A DNA stretch of 35,833 bases, from contig CBDDEL010000001.1 in assembly GCA_965226885.1 (NCBI GenBank), positions 1 to 35,833 of the forward strand. The letters run 5' to 3'. A program made the translations under genes and the position numbers. A model generated the notes under the pieces. It saw only the letters and a program-made list of their open reading frames with translations, made no database searches and was not told where the DNA came from. Source of the stretch: Opitutales bacterium (GTDB lineage: Bacteria > Verrucomicrobiota > Verrucomicrobiia > Opitutales > UBA2987). Positions 29,977 to 35,833 of the stretch are shown here, in pieces. Each line of letters begins with the position of its first letter. Within the stretch, counting starts at the first letter, position 1.

Positions 29977-31005
29977 TCAATCACCCGCATCCGGGTTACT
30001 GCCTGATGCGCGGCTCAGGCGTTCATTGATGACGGAACCTAGGCCGCCTTCGGGCGCCTTTTCGATCAATATCCGGTCGAAATTCAATTTATCGACCACA
30101 TGCAGGAGGTGAAAGAGATTCCGGGCCGCATCCTCCACTTCTCCATTTTCGGTCAGCCAAAATACCTCGTCTGAACCGGAAATTTCCCCCGACCCCGGTT
30201 TTTGAAATGCGATTCTAGCTATTCTTTTTTGGCCCGATCCTTTCGCAGTCAGGATTTTATCCTGGCGGTCGGCCATGACCAAGGGAGTCCGGGGGCTGTA
30301 GTGCTTATGCAGCAAACCCGGAGAAATCATCCCTTTTTTCTTATTTTCAACCCTGTCATGAAGGATTTGCAGTTTTTCAACAACCTCAATACCAATAACT
30401 TCCGAAATCGAACGGCTTGCGATGGCCCCAAGGCGCAAAACCACCGGTCCACCCCCGCCGCTAAGATCGACAACGGTCGATTCCAGCCCGATTTCGCAAG
30501 CCCCTCCGTCGACCAAATGCTCCAATTGGCGGCCAAAGGACTCGAGGACATGCTCGGGACGGGTCGGGCTCAGGTAACCGAAAGGATTGGCGCTCGGAGC
30601 CGCAATTGGCAAGTTACAGCATAACAACAGTTTACGCATTAATGGATGGCGCGGCATACGCACTGCCACGGTATCCAGTCCCGCCGTCACAATGGACGGA
30701 ACGAGTCTTTTTTTGGGCAGAACAAAGGTCAGCGGACCGGGCCAAAAGGCATTCGCCAACCGATCCGCGAAGTCATTCCAGACTGCCAGGGTTTTGGCCG
30801 CCACCAAGGCGTGAACGTGAACAATGAGAGGGTCGATGAGGGGACGGCCCTTGAGGCGGAAGATTTTCCGGCAGGCCGAAGGGTCGAGGGCATTCGCGGC
30901 GAGGCCATAAACGGTTTCCGTAGGCACGGCAACAACGCCACCCGCCGTCAACACATTGGCGGCTTGCGCGAGATCATCCTCACCGGCCCCGTAAATCCTG
31001 GTCAC
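29977..31005 (-). CDS. sua5: L-threonylcarbamoyladenylate synthase (Sua5-type TsaC)
   Basis: PTETVYGL, KGRP.DPLIVH, WPGPLT, AAPSAN, GLESTV and SPGLLHKHYSP motifs plus a SUA5 C-domain. Confidence 0.93.
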   Translation of the reverse strand: MTRIYGAGEDDLAQAANVLTAGGVVAVPTETVYGLAANALDPSACRKIFRLKGRPLIDPLIVHVHALVAAKTLAVWNDFADRLANAFWPGPLTFVLPKKRLVPSIVTAGLDTVAVRMPRHPLMRKLLLCCNLPIAAPSANPFGYLSPTRPEHVLESFGRQLEHLVDGGACEIGLESTVVDLSGGGGPVVLRLGAIASRSISEVIGIEVVEKLQILHDRVENKKKGMISPGLLHKHYSPRTPLVMADRQDKILTAKGSGQKRIARIAFQKPGSGEISGSDEVFWLTENGEVEDAARNLFHLLHVVDKLNFDRILIEKAPEGGLGSVINERLSRASGSNPDAGD

Positions 31006-31145
31006 ATTGTGCCTGAATTAACTGATTTGCTACATGAGCAAAAGCAAAACTTTTGCAACGGAAGTGTCAGGACTCAGCTTTCAGGAAAAACCCCATTCTG
31101 CAACCTGTATCGAGCATCCTGCATCGGGCATCCCGACACCCTCAC

Positions 31146-31352
31146 TCACGACATCAGGAGCATATTTCTTGATCGTTTGATCATTTTCGTGATGCGGCGC
31201 TGTTGCTTGGCCGACAAACCCGTTATGCGACGCGGCAGCATTTTGCCCGTCCCGGTAACAAAACGGGAGAGAGGCGTGGTGTCCGTAAATTCAAAATCGC
31301 TCGGGTTTTTGGACCGTGCGGGCTGGCTGGAGGCGTCTGAAATAGTTGACAT
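31146..31352 (-). CDS. rpsR: 30S ribosomal protein S18
   Basis: [35 protein letters not shown]; start at ATG 31352. Confidence 0.93.
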   Translation of the reverse strand: MSTISDASSQPARSKNPSDFEFTDTTPLSRFVTGTGKMLPRRITGLSAKQQRRITKMIKRSRNMLLMS

Positions 31353-31610
31353 GGTGGTGGAAAAAAAGGTTTCCCGGCACAAAGGCAAGCAGTTTTTTCA
31401 ATTAATGAGGGGGTCGGAGGGAGAGAACGATCAAGCCGCAAGCCGGTTCAGGAGCGTTATGGAGGGATAATTGACCGTTTTTCGGCGAAATAAAAGCCGG
31501 ACCGGGGGGCGGTCAAAAAACGAGTTTTTCAACCACCATTTTGGGCTCGAAAATCAGCATAATTTAGGGTTGCTTTCCACATACATTTTATTAGTTTAAC
31601 AAGCTGTATA

Positions 31611-33431
31611 TAGAGGCTGTCCCAAAAATATAAAGATTTTATAGTCAACTGGATGACGTTGATAAAAAGAGCCGGAAAGAGCAAGTTTTTGCTCGATCCG
31701 GCCAAAAAAGGGTTCTATAATTGAGTTAGCGAAAATCAATATAGCCCTTTCTATGAAAAATATAGCCATCCAATGCCTCCTGCGTCCAGCTTTAACTGTG
31801 GTCGACCGGTGCCTCGATTACGATAACTTCCGCGCCACCATTGATCGAATCGATCGGCTGCTGATCGACTCGGAGGTGGAATCGCAGGCCATTGAGCTGG
31901 CCTTGGAGGGGTGGCCGCCAATGGGTCTAAAGGCCCGGCGGCAGCGGGCCAGTTTTGCCATCAAGGCACTGCGCATGGATACGCTGGGCCGTCTGCTCGG
32001 AGGGATTTCGTTTCGGCATTTGTCGCGGGCTCTGGGCAGCAGCGATCTGTTGGCCGACTTTTGCCGTGTCCGGCAGATCGATGGCATCAGGGGCATCTCC
32101 AAAAGCACCCTGGAGCGGGCCTCGAAGTTTTTCAGCGAAGAGCAGTTGAGGGCCTTGCACCGGACCTTGACTGAGGTGGTGGGCGATGCCCTTCTGGCCC
32201 GGCAGGTGGGATTGGACAAGCCGATTGACACCACCATTTGCCTGATCGACGGCACCTGTTTGGAGGCTAACATTCATTGGCCGACGGACTGGGTATTACT
32301 CAAGGATGTAGCCGGCACGTTGCTCAAAGCGATCCGGCTGATCCGCGAGAAGGCCGGTTTGCGCCATCGCATGCCGATCGAACCGGAGCCCTTGGCGCGG
32401 CAGATGAATCGGCTGTGCATACAGATGACCCACAGCCGGCGGCGAAAGGACAGCGCGCGGCAGCGCAAGGGTATCTTGAGGCAGATGAAAAAGCTGCTCA
32501 AACGGATCGGGGAGCATGCCCGCAGTCACCGGGAATTATTGCAAGCCTGCTGGGAGCAAAGCGATTACAGCGAAAAACAGGTCCAACAGATCCTCGCCCG
32601 GATGGAGCGCATGAGCGAGCAAATCCCGGTGGTCATCAAACAGGCGCACGAGCGGATCATTGGCGGCCGGCAGGTGAAAAACGCAGAGAAAGTCTTGAGT
32701 GTTTACGAACTCGATGGGCAGGTGATTGTGCGAGGTAAAGCGGGCCAAGAGGTCGAGTTCGGCAACACCCTGTTTTTGGGAGAAAGCGTTGAAGGGTACC
32801 TGCTGGACTGGAAACTCTACGGCAGCCGAACTCCAAGCGAAAATGAACAAATGCAAGAGAGTTTGCAAAGACAGAACCGCTTCAACCTGGAAGAACCCAT
32901 AGCGGCCATGTGCGCGGACCGGGGATTTGCCTCCCAGCGGGCCCGCCGGCAGTTAGCCCAGGAGGGAATCTACGACGCGCTCTGTCCACGCGATCCGAAG
33001 CAGTTGAAAAAACGGATGGAGGAACCACTGTTCAGACAATTGCAAAAGCGCCGGGCCAGCACCGAAGGGCGGATCGGGGTATTGAAGAATCGCTGGCAGG
33101 CCGGGCGGTTGCGCAGCAAAGGCTTTGCCAACCGCTCGATCAGCGTAGCCTGGTCGGTACTCTCGCACAACCTATGGAAAGTAGCCAAGATGCTGGCCCA
33201 GCAAGACGAACTAAAAACCAAAGCGGCGGCCTAGAGAGCGGAAAAGCAAGGACAATACTTTTTCACAGCCGTACTGTCGGCTCATACAAAGAAAACCAGG
33301 CAACCGGACCCCAAAACCAGTATCCTAACGTCATAGGAGAGCAAAGTTGATACTCTCCCAAATGCAAATACCTCTAAAATGAGCGCCTATCAAAAGCCCT
33401 CGCAAAAATCACCCTTTTGGGACAGCCTCTA
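31611..33431 (+). mobile_element. IS element (ISNCY/IS5-like) with 17-bp perfect IRs
   Basis: TAGAGGCTGTCCCAAAA / TTTTGGGACAGCCTCTA; the terminal TA may be the target duplication. Family assignment uncertain. Confidence 0.88.
31753..33234 (+). CDS. DDE transposase (ISNCY/IS5-like)
   Basis: DGTCLEANIHWPTD, RGKAGQEVEFG, ADRGF and RRASTEGRIGVLK motifs. Confidence 0.88.
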   Translation: MKNIAIQCLLRPALTVVDRCLDYDNFRATIDRIDRLLIDSEVESQAIELALEGWPPMGLKARRQRASFAIKALRMDTLGRLLGGISFRHLSRALGSSDLLADFCRVRQIDGIRGISKSTLERASKFFSEEQLRALHRTLTEVVGDALLARQVGLDKPIDTTICLIDGTCLEANIHWPTDWVLLKDVAGTLLKAIRLIREKAGLRHRMPIEPEPLARQMNRLCIQMTHSRRRKDSARQRKGILRQMKKLLKRIGEHARSHRELLQACWEQSDYSEKQVQQILARMERMSEQIPVVIKQAHERIIGGRQVKNAEKVLSVYELDGQVIVRGKAGQEVEFGNTLFLGESVEGYLLDWKLYGSRTPSENEQMQESLQRQNRFNLEEPIAAMCADRGFASQRARRQLAQEGIYDALCPRDPKQLKKRMEEPLFRQLQKRRASTEGRIGVLKNRWQAGRLRSKGFANRSISVAWSVLSHNLWKVAKMLAQQDELKTKAAA

Positions 33432-33448
33432 ATTATACTAAGATTACC

Positions 33449-33679
33449 ATGGCAAGTCGTAAGCCGTTGGAGTGCATTGAATGCGGTTGCAAAACTATTA
33501 CCCGAAGTGCTCTTGGGCGAGGTAACTATCAAGAGTTTGCATTTCCTTGCCCCGGTTGTGGAATAGAAATTCGATTTGGCATGAATCTCTATCCCGATGA
33601 AGCGCGGTGGGATTATGATAAAATAGTAATCAGTGCTGTGGAAACCTCCAGCAGAAGGAAATATCTTACCCTGGTTTGA
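33449..33679 (+). CDS. Short CxxC...CxxC zinc-ribbon ORF, possibly a truncated gene
   Basis: CIEC and CPGC pairs; AT-rich; C-terminus appears to degrade. Confidence 0.45.
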   Translation: MASRKPLECIECGCKTITRSALGRGNYQEFAFPCPGCGIEIRFGMNLYPDEARWDYDKIVISAVETSSRRKYLTLV

Positions 33680-34036
33680 CCGGGCAAAGGGAAAATCAGA
33701 AATAATTGTTAAATACTGCCGATTTGATCATCAAATAACGAAGAAAAGGATCGCAAATAATATTGAAAGCAGAAAATTGGATTGAAATATTGGAAAGTAG
33801 CTATTTTCAACAATAATGAATATTCATATGGGAAATCTCGTGTTATATATTTTTGCGTGATGGCTTAATTAGAGTATGTGTTTTAGATTGCACAGCAACG
33901 TAACCAGGAAAATTACTTTTCCTTCATGTTTATCGTATAAACACTTGAAAGATTTTGTAAAGTTGTCTAACTTTACGAGAGATTTACCAGTGTGGTTAGT
34001 AGATAAAGTTAAATAAAAAAAGTTCTCTTTTTAAAA

Positions 34037-34582
34037 ATGAAAATTCAGGATCAGCAACAATTTCCACCATTAGAAGTTGTTTTGAAAAATGGCACTTCCG
34101 CAACACTCCGTTTTCTATCCAGACAGGATGGCGGATACCTTTCTGACTTTTATGCCAGTATTCCCCACGAGTTCACCAGATTTTACGGTCCTTACCCCTT
34201 GGATCGCAAACGTGCATTGGAACATGTTGCAAAAGCGGAAAGCCCTCTTGAAGTCGTGCTGGTGTTGGAAACCGAAATACATAAAATAGGCGGTTACGCC
34301 TGGTATCGTTGGCGTGAAGAAAATGCTGAAGCCAGCACTTTAGGGATTTGTGTAAGACCGGAATACGTAGGTTGCGGGGCCGGCCGGTGCCTTATGAACA
34401 GACTGATGGAAATTGCTGAAGATATCGGTCCGCCAGTCATGCGGCTTACTTGCCAACACGCCAATCCCAAAGCAGTAATACTATATCGGAAAATGGGTTT
34501 TAAAATAACCAAAGAAGGTATGACAGGTGGTTCAGATAATTTTCCTTCCGAACCTCAGTATTGGATGGAAAAAGTCATTTAA
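34037..34582 (+). CDS. GNAT-family N-acetyltransferase
   Basis: LGICVRPEYVGCGAGRCLM and NPKAVILYRKMGF motifs. Confidence 0.9.
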   Translation: MKIQDQQQFPPLEVVLKNGTSATLRFLSRQDGGYLSDFYASIPHEFTRFYGPYPLDRKRALEHVAKAESPLEVVLVLETEIHKIGGYAWYRWREENAEASTLGICVRPEYVGCGAGRCLMNRLMEIAEDIGPPVMRLTCQHANPKAVILYRKMGFKITKEGMTGGSDNFPSEPQYWMEKVI

Positions 34583-34628
34583 GGGATTCTTATCCCCATT
34601 CCAGATGTGTTCATTTCACTGTTTTTTT

Positions 34629-34815
34629 ATACAAATATTTTGTAATACAAAAGCATCAAATGAAGAGTTAATGCAGTTCTATTCTTCTACAATAGATGAT
34701 TACGACATTAACTTTATCCAAGAAATTAGAAACAAAGACGGAACAGCTTTCGATAGATTATGCGACAGGCTTCCAAATTTTAAATGTAGAGCTTCAAGCA
34801 GGGCTGGTAGAAGCA
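34629..34815 (+). pseudogene. Fragment of a DNase I-like (EEP superfamily) nuclease
   Basis: IQIFCNTKASNEELMQFYSSTIDDYDINFIQEIR...SSRAGRS resembles the DNase I N-terminus (NIQxFGxxK...YDIxxxQExR...SxxxGR); no start or C-terminus. Confidence 0.6.
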
Positions 34816-34862
34816 CATTAAGACTTAGATTCTCCTAGGATACCATAGACTTTCGTGGATTT

Positions 34863-35150
34863 CTATTTTCTGACGACTGTGCTTCCTTTGAATGAGGATG
34901 AGGAAAAGTTTTTGAATTCTTCGAATTGGGCTGAACTGAATATTTTTGTCCGGTCGAGGGTTTTTTTTATCCATTTTTCGGCATCCTCGATGCCGTTTGC
35001 CAGGTAACTGATTGTTACCTGGTATCCCAGGGAAGTTTCAAACACTTTTGGAGTCTTGAACAGGAATTTGAATTGTGGCCGCATTCTCGGCGAAGTAATC
35101 AGCCGGGCAACGTAGAACACTTTTGCAGCTTTTTAAGGCCTTGTGGCCAT
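34863..35150 (-). other. Small hypothetical ORF, possibly with an early nonsense codon
   Basis: 85-aa ORF; an upstream in-frame ATG at 35150 reads MATRP*KAAKVFY. Confidence 0.3.
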
Positions 35151-35215
35151 GGCGATCTGACAGGGATTTATTGTAAAAAACCACACCCTTTCAGCTTGGC
35201 CCCGGCCAAGTCCTG

Positions 35216-35244
35216 TTGACAAAGCCTGCAATTGGCCTATTTAT
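35216..35244 (+). promoter_or_regulatory. Putative sigma-70 promoter of the tRNA
   Basis: Perfect TTGACA at 35216-35221 and an AT-rich TATTTA(T) 16-17 bp downstream. Confidence 0.5.
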
Positions 35245-35286
35245 TTCCAGACTGCTTAAACCAATCAGCCTGGGTGATCCACCCCA

Positions 35287-35361
35287 GCCCCCATAGTTCA
35301 ACGGATAGAACTGCGGTTTCCTAAACCGTCAATCTGGGTTCGAGTCCCGGTGGGGGTACCA
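35287..35361 (+). tRNA. tRNA-Arg(CCU)
   Basis: Acceptor GCCCCCA/TGGGGGT, anticodon arm GCGGT-TTCCTAA-ACCGT, GGTTCGAGTCC T-arm, encoded CCA. Confidence 0.96.
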
Positions 35362-35529
35362 TTCTGATTGTCAGGACTGCCAAAGAGGGTGGGGGAAGTC
35401 GGTTGATTTCCCCGCGTGGCGATATACGAATTATTCAAGTGCCGATCAAAATTTATTCTGTATTAGGAAAAATGAACTTGAATTGAGGTTGCACCGGAAA
35501 TGCAAGAATTCCCGTAGTGGCAGTTTTTG

Positions 35530-35560
35530 TTGACATATTAGATCATCTAAACTATATGAT
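35530..35560 (+). promoter_or_regulatory. Putative sigma-70 promoter with palindromic operator in the spacer
   Basis: TTGACA at 35530, palindrome TTAGAT-C-ATCTAA, then TATATG/TATGAT. Confidence 0.55.
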
Positions 35561-35621
35561 AATTCTGTCTAATATTTAGTTTGGAAGTACAAGTCTGTCA
35601 GTTAATCCCCAAAACTCCTAA

Positions 35622-35833
35622 ATGATGAAGAAAAAGCCAGCAGTTACGAAAATAAGTGATTTAAAGGACAAGCTGGATGCCTACCGGGCATCGGCCCATG
35701 CGGCGGGGAAAGGGTTAGCGAGGCACGGACCCGGGAATCTGGCCCTGGCCAGCGCTGCCCCTGGCCATCGCCCCCGCGGCAGAAGCTACCATACAATACA
35801 CCGGCCCGCAGAATGTTATGCTGACGGCGCAAT
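35622..35833 (+). CDS. N-terminus of a secreted protein with a long signal peptide (runs off the window)
   Basis: Open frame MMKKKPAVTKISDLKDKLDAYRASAHAAGKGLARHGPGNLALASAALAIAPAAEA|TIQYTGPQNV, with an AEA cleavage site. Confidence 0.65.
   Translation, partial: MMKKKPAVTKISDLKDKLDAYRASAHAAGKGLARHGPGNLALASAAPGHRPRGRSYHTIHRPAECYADGA

Noticed and set aside
35392..35413. Hairpin after the tRNA as a terminator
   Set aside because: The stem is present but there is no U-tract.

Overview
Bacterial chromosomal segment, probably Verrucomicrobiota/Opitutales-like (inferred from the S18 sequence and gene content), that appears to be in active genome decay. The left arm (1-16.5 kb) carries two tandem PL10-like pectate lyase paralogs, an Xre/RES toxin-antitoxin pair, an ECF sigma factor with a vWA-domain anti-sigma partner, a MOSC protein, a double-FAH-domain protein, radC, DUF445, an FAD oxidase, an amidohydrolase, an S1/P1 nuclease and a rhodanese-SufE pair. 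The centre (16.7-28.2 kb) is a nested IS pile-up (4 IS1-family, 3 IS1380-family, 1 IS630, 1 IS3 and an end of an ISNCY/IS5-like element) that has broken up an AT-rich sulfotransferase gene; target-site duplications allow the order of events to be reconstructed. The right arm has a frameshifted nnrS, sua5/tsaC, rpsR, a full ISNCY/IS5-like element, a GNAT gene, a DNase I-like fragment, tRNA-Arg(CCU) and the start of a secreted protein. At least seven host genes are broken, several by perfect 7-23 bp tandem duplications. The most novel-looking signals are that duplication signature, a nested-pseudoknot RNA candidate in the IS1380 3' non-coding end, a +1-frame IS1 transposase, a direct repeat of the MOSC 5' end bracketing the FAH gene, and a diverged ~110 bp inverted repeat pair. 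I could not identify a clearly new multi-gene system.
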